Position numbers and translations under genes: made by a program. Shown here piece after piece: positions 19,003-27,878 of a stretch of 64,000 nucleotides of DNA. The notes beneath the pieces are model-generated. The model saw nothing but the letters and a program-made list of their open reading frames with translations, was not told the DNA's origin and made no database searches. The stretch spans positions 160,001 to 224,000 of the forward strand of contig CAWFKH010000006.1 in assembly GCA_963816355.1 (NCBI GenBank), read 5' to 3'. The first letter of the stretch is position 1, and each line of letters opens with the position of its first letter. The stretch comes from an uncultured Gemmatimonadales bacterium (GTDB lineage Bacteria; Gemmatimonadota; Gemmatimonadetes; Longimicrobiales; RSA9).

Positions 19003-19291
19003 TGCAAGAACCCCCAGCCGCCGGACAAGTCCGACGTCGGGGGTTCGAGACACTGGCGAGAGCCGGGTTCCGCTAGGTTCGGTGCCTTGCCCGAAGGCTC
19101 GGCCAGATCCCACTCTCTCATCCTCGCCGCGCGGCCTCGCGACTCGGCTGCCCCGGCCAGGGGCTTCGACTGCGGCCAGTGACCTCGCAGTCGGCTCGAC
19201 GGGTCCGAACTTCCATCGAGCTGCCTCCGAAAAAGCGTCCTTTCGGGAGGCGACGCCCTCGGCCGTGTTGGCCGCCCGGCCGCTGACGTCT
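19003..19291 (-). ncRNA. Candidate orphan structured sRNA (about 290 nt)
   Basis: Starts below a TTGACC-17-TATCAT promoter. Consecutive hairpins have minus-strand G-U pairs and a C-UUCG-G loop, and a terminal GAACCCCC...GGGGGUUC hairpin. No credible ORF. Confidence 0.5.
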
Positions 19292-19297
19292 GACACA

Positions 19298-19326
19298 ATG
19301 ATAATGGCACGGAAGACCCCGGTCAA
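19298..19326 (-). promoter_or_regulatory. Near-consensus sigma70 promoter TTGACC-17-TATCAT
   Basis: -35 at 19326-19321, -10 at 19303-19298, exact 17-nt spacer. Confidence 0.75.
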
Positions 19327-19440
19327 GGATTCCGGTTGATCTCGTAACTTCATGCAGCACAACCGTATACGGGAACATAGGCCGATAATGACAAAAGCGC
19401 GATCGAGCCGCCTGGACGCAAAGCGCCGCCGCCGCAGGGG

Positions 19441-19540
19441 TTCGGGTTTTGTAACGGTTTCAATTCACAAATTTATGGAAATTTTCCACGGCGTCTCCAC
19501 ACTCGCCCACGCGATTGTCCACGGATCGGTGTGGAAAAAC
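19441..19540. promoter_or_regulatory. AT-rich tract plus DnaA-box-like cluster
   Basis: TTTTCCACG 19482, GTCTCCACA 19493, TCGCCCACG 19503, TTGTCCACG 19515, and a perfect TTWTNCACA on the minus strand at 19530-19538. The cluster adjoins the most AT-rich stretch seen in the window. Confidence 0.65.
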
Positions 19541-19594
19541 CATGCGCCGGAGGGAGCGGCGGGGCCGCGCGCGGCGTCGCGCCGGCGATCGGGG

Positions 19595-21325
19595 GTGGGG
19601 CGGGGCGCGTGGTCGGCGGGGATCCTCGGTCTCGGCCTCGCGGTGCTCGCGGCGGGGTGTGGGCGAGGTGAAGCGGGAGGGCGGGGGGGTGGCGCGCGGG
19701 GGTCGGGGGTTGGGTCGGCCGCGGGGCCGTCGGCAGCGTCGGCCGGGGCGGCGGGGTCGGGGTCGGCGGCGGGGTCGGGGTCGTCGGCGTCGGCCGACGG
19801 GGCGCGCTACGGGGGGACGCTGGTGATCGGAGCGGCGGCGGACGTGGGGGACATCAGCCCGCTGACGTGGCACGTGCAGAACGCGCTGTACCTGCAGCAA
19901 TTCGTGCTGTTTCTGCCGCTGATCGAGTACGACGCGAAGCTGCGGCCGGTGGCGCGGCTGGCGCGGTCGTGGGAGATCAGTGCGGACACGACGTCGATCA
20001 CGTTTCACCTGCGGCAGGACGTGTACTGGCAGGACGGGGTGAAGACGAGCGCGTACGACTTGGAGTTCACGTACGAGCGCGTGCGGGATCCGCGGACGGC
20101 GTACGTATACGCGGCGATGTTCGACGGGTACGGCGCCGGGGAGGCGGTGGACTCGTTCACGTGGCGGGTGAAGCTGCGGCCGCACGCGGGCTTCTTCGAT
20201 GTGTGGCGGGTGTTCACGGCGGCGCCGCGTCACGTGCTGGAGGGGGTGGCGCCGTCGGATCTGGCGCGAGCGCCGTTCGGGACGCGGGCGCCGGTAGGGA
20301 ACGGGCCGTTCCGGTTCGTGTCGCGGGTGCCCGGGGAGCGGTGGGTGTTCGAGGCGAACCCGGATTTTCCGGCGGCGCTGGGAGGGCGGCCGTACGTGGA
20401 CCGGTTGATCTACCGGGCGGTGCCGGAGCCGGCGACGCTGCTGACGGAGCTTCTGACGGGCGGCGTGGAGTTCTACGACCGCGTGCCGGCGGAGCAGGCG
20501 GCGAGCGTGGAGCGGGGGCGCGACGTGCGGCTGGTGACGTTCCCGGGGCGGGGAGTGGAGCAACTGATCTGGAATCTCCGGCGGAGGCCGTTCGACGACG
20601 TTCGGGTGCGGCGTGCATTGACGCTGGCGATCGATCGCGAGGCGCTCGTGGGAAGTGTACGTGCCGGGCACGGCCGTGTGGCCAACACGACGATCAGCCC
20701 GGTCTTTCCGCAGCACTATGCGGCGCTCGGAGGGGCGCTGCGCTACGATCCGGCGCGCGCGCGGGCGCTGCTGGCGGAGGCGGGCTACCGTGACCGTGAC
20801 GGCGACGGCGTGGTGGAAGACGCGTCGGGTCGGCCGTTCCGCTTCACGCTGCGCGTGCCCCAGGGGTACGACGAGCGGATCGGGGCGGCGCAGATCATCC
20901 AGGCGGATCTCGCGCGCGTGGGCGTGGACGCGCGCGTGGCGGTGGTGGAGTTCAACACGTTGATCGCGGAATCGATGGACCCGCGGCGGCGCGACTTCGA
21001 CGCGACGATCCTGGGTTGGCTGCCGGAGTTCCGGCTGGACGACCGCGAGCTGTTCTCGTGCGCGAAGCGCGACGCTCCCGCGGCGATGTCCGGCTACTGC
21101 GACGCGCGCACGGACGCGCTGCTCGATTCGATCACGCGGACGACGGATGCGGCGACGTCGCAGTCGCTGTGGCGCCGGTATCAGGAGCGCTTCGTGCGCG
21201 AGCTGCCGGTCACGCCGCTCTACTTCCTGGACGAGATCCACGGCATCCGCGACCGGGTGAGGGGGGCGCACCCGGACGCGCGCGGGGACTGGGTGGGGAT
21301 AGAGCGCTGGTGGCTGGCGCGGTAG
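19595..21325 (+). CDS. ABC transporter peptide/nickel-type substrate-binding lipoprotein (SBP family 5); start uncertain
   Basis: Lipobox LAAGC, Gly/Ser/Ala linker, LARSWE, FHLRQDVYWQDG, PVGNGPF and VRRALTLAIDR. Confidence 0.9.
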   Translation: MGRGAWSAGILGLGLAVLAAGCGRGEAGGRGGGARGSGVGSAAGPSAASAGAAGSGSAAGSGSSASADGARYGGTLVIGAAADVGDISPLTWHVQNALYLQQFVLFLPLIEYDAKLRPVARLARSWEISADTTSITFHLRQDVYWQDGVKTSAYDLEFTYERVRDPRTAYVYAAMFDGYGAGEAVDSFTWRVKLRPHAGFFDVWRVFTAAPRHVLEGVAPSDLARAPFGTRAPVGNGPFRFVSRVPGERWVFEANPDFPAALGGRPYVDRLIYRAVPEPATLLTELLTGGVEFYDRVPAEQAASVERGRDVRLVTFPGRGVEQLIWNLRRRPFDDVRVRRALTLAIDREALVGSVRAGHGRVANTTISPVFPQHYAALGGALRYDPARARALLAEAGYRDRDGDGVVEDASGRPFRFTLRVPQGYDERIGAAQIIQADLARVGVDARVAVVEFNTLIAESMDPRRRDFDATILGWLPEFRLDDRELFSCAKRDAPAAMSGYCDARTDALLDSITRTTDAATSQSLWRRYQERFVRELPVTPLYFLDEIHGIRDRVRGAHPDARGDWVGIERWWLAR

Positions 21326-21432
21326 CGAAGCGCGTGGCGCCCGGTGGAGCGCGCGTCGACGGCCCGCGCCGCGGCTCTCGCCGCCGCGGGCTGCCGCTTG
21401 CGCCGGGGGGACGCGGCGCGCAAGCTCCACGC

Positions 21433-21993
21433 ATGGACGTGATGGAAGCGATCGCGACGCGCCGCTCGGTGAAGCGATTCACGGAGCGGGTGCCGTCGCG
21501 GGAATCGATCGAGCGGCTGCTGACGGCGGCTGCACAGGCGCCGAACCACCGCATGACGCAGCCGTGGCGGTTCTACGTCCTCGGCGCCCGTGCGGGTCGC
21601 GCCTACGCCGCCTTGAAGGCGGAGTCGAAGGCGCAGAAGGTGGCGGAGGCGGCGGCGGCGGCACGGGTACGGGAGAAAGTTGAGCGGGAGACGCTGGCGG
21701 TGCCCGCGATCCTCGTCGTCGCGATGGTGGAGAGCGACGACGCCGCGACGCGCGAGGAGGATCGTGACGCGACGTTCATGGGGATCGAGAACCTGCTGCT
21801 CGCGGCGCGCGAGGCGGGGCTGCAGGGCTACATCCACACCGGCCGCATCCTCGAGCGGCCGGAGCTGCGCGCGCTGATCGGCGCACCGGAGTCGGAGCGA
21901 CTGGTGGCGATCGTGGACCTCGGCGAGCCGGCGGAGACGCCGTCGCCGAAGGCGCGCATACCTGCTTCCGAGCTGACGACGTGGACGGCGTGA
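21433..21993 (+). CDS. Nitroreductase family protein
   Basis: AIATRRSVKRF, APNHRMTQPWRF and ENLLLAA. CAAGCT 6 nt upstream suggests a leaderless start. Confidence 0.92.
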   Translation: MDVMEAIATRRSVKRFTERVPSRESIERLLTAAAQAPNHRMTQPWRFYVLGARAGRAYAALKAESKAQKVAEAAAAARVREKVERETLAVPAILVVAMVESDDAATREEDRDATFMGIENLLLAAREAGLQGYIHTGRILERPELRALIGAPESERLVAIVDLGEPAETPSPKARIPASELTTWTA

Positions 21994-22000
21994 GGCGGCG

Positions 22001-23002
22001 GTGCTGAGGCTGCCGGAGTACCGCTACCACCGGCCGCGCACGGTGCGCGAAGCGGCCGCGCTGCTGGCGGAGCACGCGGGGGACGCGCTGCCGATCGCGG
22101 GCGGAACGGACCTGGTGCCGAATCTGAAGCACCGGCTCTTCACGCCGTCGCACCTGGTGGCGCTGAAGGGGATCGAGGCGTTGCGCGGGATCGAGGAGCG
22201 GGAGGGGGCGGTGTGGCTCGGCGCGACGGAGACGCTGGACGCCGTGTCGCGCTCGCCGCTCGTCGCGTCGCGGCTGCCGTCGCTGGCGGAGGCGGCCGGG
22301 CGCGTCGCGGGGCCGCAGCTGCGCCGCATGGGCACGATCGGCGGCAACCTCTGCCTCGACACGCGCTGCACCTACTACAACCAGACCCACTTCTGGCGCA
22401 GCGCGCTCGGCTTCTGCCTGAAGAAGGATGGCGACGTGTGCCACGTCACGAAGGTGGGGCGCAAGTGCGTCGCCGCCCACTCGGCCGACACGCCGCCCGT
22501 CCTCATGACGCTGGAGGCGGTGGCCCGCGTGGAGGGGCCGGGGGGAACGCGCGAGATCCCGCTCGCGGAGTACTTCGTGGCCGACGGCGTGTGGAACGAG
22601 CAGCGGCGTCCGGACGAGATCGTGACCGGCATCCGCGTGCCGCTGCCGGCGCCCGGCGTGCGCACGGCGTTCGTCAAGCTGCGCCAGCGCAACGCGATCG
22701 ACTTTCCGCTGCTCAACGTCGCGGTGGCGGCGGAGATGGAGGGCGACGTCGTCGTCGCGTTGCGCGTCGTCGTCTCCGCGCTCGGAGCGCGGCCGCGGGC
22801 GCTGCGCGGCGTGGACGAGATCGTCGCCGGCGAGCGGTTGAGCGATGACGTGATCGAGGCGGTGGCGGAGCGTGCGTACCAGCAGTGCCACCCGCTCACG
22901 AACATCGTGATCGACGCCGGGTGGCGGCGGGCGATGGTGCCGGTGCACGTGCGGCGCGCGCTGCGGCGGGTGCGCGGCGACGCGCCGGCGGCCGCGGCGT
23001 AA
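22001..23002 (+). CDS. FAD-binding medium subunit with [4Fe-4S] insert (HcrB-like)
   Basis: IAGGTDL and GTIGGNLCLDTRCTYYNQ..FWR...FCLKKDGDVCHV.....C, the Cys-rich insert typical of HcrB. Also KLRQRNAIDFP. Confidence 0.92.
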   Translation: MLRLPEYRYHRPRTVREAAALLAEHAGDALPIAGGTDLVPNLKHRLFTPSHLVALKGIEALRGIEEREGAVWLGATETLDAVSRSPLVASRLPSLAEAAGRVAGPQLRRMGTIGGNLCLDTRCTYYNQTHFWRSALGFCLKKDGDVCHVTKVGRKCVAAHSADTPPVLMTLEAVARVEGPGGTREIPLAEYFVADGVWNEQRRPDEIVTGIRVPLPAPGVRTAFVKLRQRNAIDFPLLNVAVAAEMEGDVVVALRVVVSALGARPRALRGVDEIVAGERLSDDVIEAVAERAYQQCHPLTNIVIDAGWRRAMVPVHVRRALRRVRGDAPAAAA

Positions 23003-23015
23003 GCGGCGCGCTCGC

Positions 23016-24188
23016 ATGCCCGCGCCGAGGAAGGGCGAGTTCTCGCTCCCCGAAGGGCTCCACTACCTCAACGCCGCGTACATGTCGCCGCTGCCGAAGC
23101 GGGTCGAGGCGGCGGGCGTGGACGGGGTTCGTCGCAAGCGCGACCCCAGCGGCATCTCGGTCGCCGACTTCTTCCGCGAGAGCGATCGCGCCAGGACGCT
23201 GTTCGGAGCCGTGATCGGCGCGCCGGCGGACCGCATCGCGATCGTGCCCGCAGTGTCGTACGGCATGGCGATCGTCACGCGCAACCTACGCCCGCCGGCC
23301 GGGACGCGCGTGGTCGTGGCGGCGGAGCAGTTCCCCAGCAACGTGCTGCCGTGGCACGCCCTGGCCGGGGAACGCGGGCTGGAGGTCGTTGCCGTGGCGC
23401 CGCCGGACGCGGGCGCAGACGGGCAGGGGGCCGGGAGCGCGCGCGGCGACGCGTGGAACGAGCGCATTCTGGAGGCGATCGATTCGCGCACGTCGGTGGT
23501 CGCGCTCGGCCACATCCACTGGACCGACGGCACCCTCTTCGACCTGGAGGCGGTCGGCGAGCGGGCGCGCGAAGTGGGCGCGGCGCTCGTCGTGGACGGC
23601 ACGCAGTCGATCGGCGCGCTGCCGTTCGCGCTGGAGCGGGTGCGGCCGGACGCCGTCGTGTGCGCGGCTTACAAATGGCTGCTCGGGCCGTACGGCCTGG
23701 GCCTCGCCTACTTCGGAGCTCGCTTCGACGACGCGAAGCCGCTCGAGGAGACGTGGCTCGGACGCGCCGGCAGCGACGACTTTCAGGGACTCGTGCGCTA
23801 CCGCGACGAGTACCGGTCGGGCGCGGAGCGGCTGGACGTGGGCGAGCGCAGCAGCTTCCACCTGATGCCGATGCTCGTCGCCGGGCTGGAGCTGGTGGAG
23901 GCGTGGCGGCCGGCCGCGATCCAGGAGCACTGCGCGGCGCTCGCCCGTCCGCTCGTGGCGACGGCGCGCGAGCTCGGCTTCATTGCCGAAGCGGAGCACC
24001 GCAGGGCGTCGCACCTGTTCGGGCTGCGGATGCCGCCGGGCGTCGCGATCGAGGCGCTGCGGCGCGGCCTGGACGAGCGCCGGGTGATCGTCTCGCTGCG
24101 CGGCAGCGCCGTCCGCATCTCGCCTCACGTCTACAACGACGAAGCGGACATCGCCGCGCTCGAGGCGGCGTTGCGCGCGTCGCGCTGA
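23016..24188 (+). CDS. PLP-dependent aminotransferase class V fold enzyme (no persulfide Cys loop)
   Basis: YLNAAYMSP, VDGTQSIG, PLP-lysine YKWLLGP and RISPHVYN. It lacks the SufS RxGHHC motif. Confidence 0.88.
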   Translation: MPAPRKGEFSLPEGLHYLNAAYMSPLPKRVEAAGVDGVRRKRDPSGISVADFFRESDRARTLFGAVIGAPADRIAIVPAVSYGMAIVTRNLRPPAGTRVVVAAEQFPSNVLPWHALAGERGLEVVAVAPPDAGADGQGAGSARGDAWNERILEAIDSRTSVVALGHIHWTDGTLFDLEAVGERAREVGAALVVDGTQSIGALPFALERVRPDAVVCAAYKWLLGPYGLGLAYFGARFDDAKPLEETWLGRAGSDDFQGLVRYRDEYRSGAERLDVGERSSFHLMPMLVAGLELVEAWRPAAIQEHCAALARPLVATARELGFIAEAEHRRASHLFGLRMPPGVAIEALRRGLDERRVIVSLRGSAVRISPHVYNDEADIAALEAALRASR

Positions 24189-24605
24189 GGCGGCGGCTGT
24201 GGCCGCGCCGCCACAACGGTGGGGCGCTCGGGGCGGCTGTGGTGGCGGGGTGGAAGTCCTTGTGAACAGATGAATTCCAGCGAGTCGCCGGGAGAAAGGC
24301 CACGGGCGGCACGAAACTTGAGTGCTGGAATGGTCTGCGTCTGTGGGGGCAGTCTCCCCGTAGGTTCTCACTGCCCGGAGCAGCTGATGACGCTCTCCCT
24401 GACCACGCGCATTCTGCGTGCGTTCCTTCGCGCGGGCTTGGTGCTCGTCGACTGACGGATCGCGGCGTGCGCTCCCGGCCAACGGGGCCGCGGCTTTCGA
24501 GCCGCGGCCCCGTTCGGCATATGGGGCGCGCAGCGGTGCGGTGGGCGGGATCGGGCGGCTGCGGCTCGCGGCCCGTACGGACGGGTCGGGGTGTGGAGCG
24601 GGCCG

Positions 24606-25937
24606 TCAGCGGAAGCGGGTGGCGCGCCAGAGCAGGGCGCCGCAGCCGACGAGCAGGGCGAGCATCGCCGCGAGGAGGAAGGCGATCCAGCCGGCGTCCA
24701 CGGCGATGCCGGGCGGGCGGGCGACGAGGGCGGCGGCGGCGAAGACGGCGGTGGCGGCGAGCACGAGGATCGCGTCGAGCCAGCCGCGGCGGGGCGGCGC
24801 GTCGGCCGCGCGGCCGGCGCGGCCGGCGTGGACGTGAATCGGATCGAGGCCGTAGCGGCGGATCTCGCGCTCGGCAGCGTCGCCCCAGTGGCGCTGCTCG
24901 GCGGCGCCGGCGGTGGAGAAGGCGATGGCTGCGGCGCCGATCGCCATGAGGACGGAGCCCTCGACGACGCGGGTGCGGACGTCGGTGGGCGCGGAGCGCA
25001 GCTCGCCGAAGACGAGGAACCCCCAGAGCAGGCCCCAAAGCTGGTTCGTGTTGGAGAGCGGGATGCCGCGGCTGATGCCGGCGTATTTGGCGGCGTACTG
25101 CTGGAACAGGTCGCCGATCACCCAGACGAAGCCGCCGAGCAGGATCCAGAACGCGACGTCGCGCGAGGCGGCGAGCGCGGTGGCGAGCGGGCGCACGCCG
25201 CCGGAGAGCGTGATGGCCAGAGCGCCCATGGTGACGATCTCGCCGATAGTGAAGAAGGCGATGAAAGCGAGGGGCGACATGCCGGAGATGTACGCCTTGC
25301 GGTAGGGGATGTACATCGTGCCCCAGAGGAGGCCGGCGGCGAGGGCGGCGGCGCTGCCGCGGGCGGCGGCGGCGCCAGCGGATGCGCCGGAGGAGGCGAC
25401 GGCGAGGAGCGTGGCTCCGGCGAACATGACGACGGCGCCCCCGACGACGCCGAGCCAGCGTCGTCGTCCGGCGCCGCGCAGCTCGTTGAAGAAGACGAAG
25501 CCCCAGAGGATGCCGAGCAGGCTGTTCGTGTTCCACAGAGGGAAGGCGATGCTGAGGCCAATGTCGCGGATCGCGAAGACGGTGAGCGTGTTGGCGACGG
25601 ACCAGAGGGCGCCGGCGACGGCGGCCCACAGCACGAGGTGGGGCGCGCGGCGCACCTCGTCGCGGAGTCCGGCGGTGCCCTGGAGCAGGGCCGGCAGGCT
25701 CCAGCGGGCGAGGAAAACGCCGATCACCATGAGCAGCGAGACGACGACGGGCGGCACGCCGATCGTGACCAGCTTGGTGGGCGCCTCCGCGGCGCCGAGC
25801 CAGGCGCCCGCGGCGAAGCCGGAAAGGACGCCGATCGCCTGCAGTCGCGCGGGGCCGGGCGGTCGGTGCGCGGCGCGGCCCGGCTGCGCGGTGTGGCCCG
25901 GCCGCGAGGGTGCGGCGCCGCCGCGGGTGGCGCTCAC
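24606..25937 (-). CDS. GRP-family (DMT) sugar transporter
   Basis: WLGAAEAPTK, GLSIAFPLWNTNSL, LWGTMYIPYRKAY and GIPLSNTNQLWG; more than 10 TM helices. Confidence 0.8.
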   Translation of the reverse strand: MSATRGGAAPSRPGHTAQPGRAAHRPPGPARLQAIGVLSGFAAGAWLGAAEAPTKLVTIGVPPVVVSLLMVIGVFLARWSLPALLQGTAGLRDEVRRAPHLVLWAAVAGALWSVANTLTVFAIRDIGLSIAFPLWNTNSLLGILWGFVFFNELRGAGRRRWLGVVGGAVVMFAGATLLAVASSGASAGAAAARGSAAALAAGLLWGTMYIPYRKAYISGMSPLAFIAFFTIGEIVTMGALAITLSGGVRPLATALAASRDVAFWILLGGFVWVIGDLFQQYAAKYAGISRGIPLSNTNQLWGLLWGFLVFGELRSAPTDVRTRVVEGSVLMAIGAAAIAFSTAGAAEQRHWGDAAEREIRRYGLDPIHVHAGRAGRAADAPPRRGWLDAILVLAATAVFAAAALVARPPGIAVDAGWIAFLLAAMLALLVGCGALLWRATRFR

Positions 25938-26071
25938 GCGATCCAGAGCAGGACGAGAATGCCGATCGCGAGCACGATCAGCGGAACCCATAGTTGCGGG
26001 TCGCGGAGCGCGGCGGCGAGGCGGCCGGCCGGCGCGCGGTCGGAGGTCGGGGGATCGACGTCGGGGTCCAT
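25934..26071 (-). CDS. 45-aa single-TM microprotein coupled to the transporter
   Basis: MDPD...DPQLWVPLIVLAIGILVLLWIA. Its TGA overlaps the transporter GTG. Confidence 0.65.
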   Translation of the reverse strand: MDPDVDPPTSDRAPAGRLAAALRDPQLWVPLIVLAIGILVLLWIA

Positions 26072-26159
26072 GGCGGTCGGCGACGTGGAGTGGCACGCGG
26101 TACGGTGAAGCCCCATTCTGACGGCGGCGCGGGCCGCCGGCAAGGAGAATGGAGGGGGC

Positions 26160-27230
26160 ATGCGAATCGAGCACGAGGTTCTGGAGCTGCGGACGCGGCA
26201 CGCGTTCCACATCGCGCGGGCTGCGGGGGAGGCGGTGCGGCGGACGGTCGCGGTGCGGGTGATCGACGACGACGGAGCGGAAGGGTGGGGGGAGGCGCCG
26301 GTGAGCACGCCGTACTATGGGGAGACGGCGGAGACGGTGGCGGCGGTGCTGCCGCGCATGGAGGCGGCGCTGCGCGTGGCGCGGGCGGGGGTGCGCGGTG
26401 ATGAAGGTGGGACCGGACTGCTCCGCCTGGAGCGGCTGGAGGCGGCGGCGGCGCGGGCGATCGGCGGCAATCCGGGTGCGCACGCGGCGGTCTCGGCGGC
26501 GCTCCACGACCTGGTCGCGAAGCGGCTCGGCATCCCGGTGTGGGGGCTGCTCGGCCTCGACCCGGCGGGCGCACCGAAGTCGTCGTTCACGATCGGGATC
26601 GACGAGCCGGAGGCGATGCGTCGCAAGGTGCGCGAGGCGAGCGGCTATCCGGTGCTGAAGGTGAAGGTGGGCACGGCGCGGGACGCGGAGGTGCTGGCGC
26701 TCGTCCGGGAGGAGGCGCCGCGCGCGACGCTGCGAGTGGACGCCAACACCGGCTGGAGCGCGAAGCAGGCGATCGCGCGTCTTCCGCTCCTGGTCGAGCA
26801 CGGCGTCGAGCTGCTCGAGCAGCCGCTCCCGCCGGGGGACCTCGACGGGCTGCGGCTGGTGCGCGCGCGCTCGTCGATTCCGATCGTGGCGGACGAGTCG
26901 TGCCGCACCGCGGCCGACGTGCCGCGGCTGGCCGGCTGCGTCGACGGCGTGAACATCAAGCTGGCGAAGTGCGGCTCCCTGAGGGAGGCGGTACGCATCG
27001 CGCATGTCGCGCGCGCACACGGCATGGGCGTGATGGTCGGCTGCATGATCGAGTCGACGCTCGGCATCGCCGCCGCGATGCAGGTCGCGCCGCTCGCGGA
27101 CTGGGTGGACCTCGACGGCGCGGCGCTGCTGGCCGAGGACCCGTTCGCCGGACCCCGGCTCGAGGCGGACGGGTCGCTGTGGTTCGGAAGCGCGGCGGGG
27201 CTCGGCGTTCGCCGGTCGGCCGACGGCTAG
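26160..27230 (+). CDS. Dipeptide epimerase (L-Ala-D/L-Glu epimerase, enolase superfamily)
   Basis: GWGEA, KVKVG, VDAN, EQP, ADES, IKLAKCG, GCMIES and DLD. Confidence 0.92.
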   Translation: MRIEHEVLELRTRHAFHIARAAGEAVRRTVAVRVIDDDGAEGWGEAPVSTPYYGETAETVAAVLPRMEAALRVARAGVRGDEGGTGLLRLERLEAAAARAIGGNPGAHAAVSAALHDLVAKRLGIPVWGLLGLDPAGAPKSSFTIGIDEPEAMRRKVREASGYPVLKVKVGTARDAEVLALVREEAPRATLRVDANTGWSAKQAIARLPLLVEHGVELLEQPLPPGDLDGLRLVRARSSIPIVADESCRTAADVPRLAGCVDGVNIKLAKCGSLREAVRIAHVARAHGMGVMVGCMIESTLGIAAAMQVAPLADWVDLDGAALLAEDPFAGPRLEADGSLWFGSAAGLGVRRSADG

Positions 27231-27691
27231 ACGACGGCGCCCAGGATCTCTGCGGCGTGCCCCTCCGGCCGCACCTTCGGAAACACTTTCGCGATGCGCC
27301 CCTCCTCGTCGATCAGGAACGTCGTGCGGTCGACCCCCATGTAGGTGCGGCCGTACATGCTCTTCTCCTTCCACACGCCGTACCGCTCGGCGACCTCGTG
27401 GTCGGGGTCGGCCAGCAGGGTGAAGGGGAGGTCGTACTTCGAGCGGAACTTGCGGTGCGACGCGACGGTGTCCGGGCTCACGCCGAGGACGGTGACGCCG
27501 CGCGCCTCGTATTCGTCGTGGGCGTCGCGGAAGGCGCAAGCCTCCTTGGTGCAGCCGGGCGTATCGTCCTTCGGATAGAAGTAGAGGACGACCTTGCGGC
27601 CGCGGAAATCCTCGAGACTCACTTCCTCGTCGGCGTCCGTGCGCAGCGTGAACTCCGGGGCCTGCGCATCCGCTTGCGGCATGTCGGGCAT
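27227..27691 (-). CDS. bcp: Thioredoxin-dependent peroxiredoxin BCP
   Basis: [21 protein letters not shown] and RTTFLID. Confidence 0.95.
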   Translation of the reverse strand: MPDMPQADAQAPEFTLRTDADEEVSLEDFRGRKVVLYFYPKDDTPGCTKEACAFRDAHDEYEARGVTVLGVSPDTVASHRKFRSKYDLPFTLLADPDHEVAERYGVWKEKSMYGRTYMGVDRTTFLIDEEGRIAKVFPKVRPEGHAAEILGAVV

Positions 27692-27878
27692 TCGTCTTCT
27701 CCGGTCGGGTGAGGTCGCCGGCGCGTCGCGAGGCGCCGGGCGGCGCCGCGGCACCCGCGGCGTCGCGGTGTCGTGGCGTCCGCGGTGTGAACGTACAGGG
27801 TCGGTGGCGCGTAGTATAGGCCGCGGCGCCGACGGGCGCCGGCGGGCGGCGATGCGGCTCGGAAGGATGGAGGCGGAG

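Noticed and set aside
18700..19300. RNase P RNA, tmRNA, SRP RNA, group II intron, or SAM/glycine/cobalamin riboswitch
   Set aside because: Signature sequences (GAGGAAAGUCC, tRNA-like ends, the SRP loop, domain V and others) were not found by eye on either strand.
18679..19362. ORFs of 227, 180 and 157 aa across the 18.6-19.4 kb region
   Set aside because: They have no recognisable motifs, RBS or typical codon pattern, and two start within or upstream of the minus-strand promoter.
19352..19594. N-terminal extension of the SBP from ATG 19352
   Set aside because: It runs through the AT-rich/DnaA-box region and would put the lipobox about 100 aa from the start.
23016..24188. Cysteine desulfurase as the Moco sulfur donor
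   Set aside because: The catalytic Cys loop of IscS/SufS is absent (SLRGSAVRIS).
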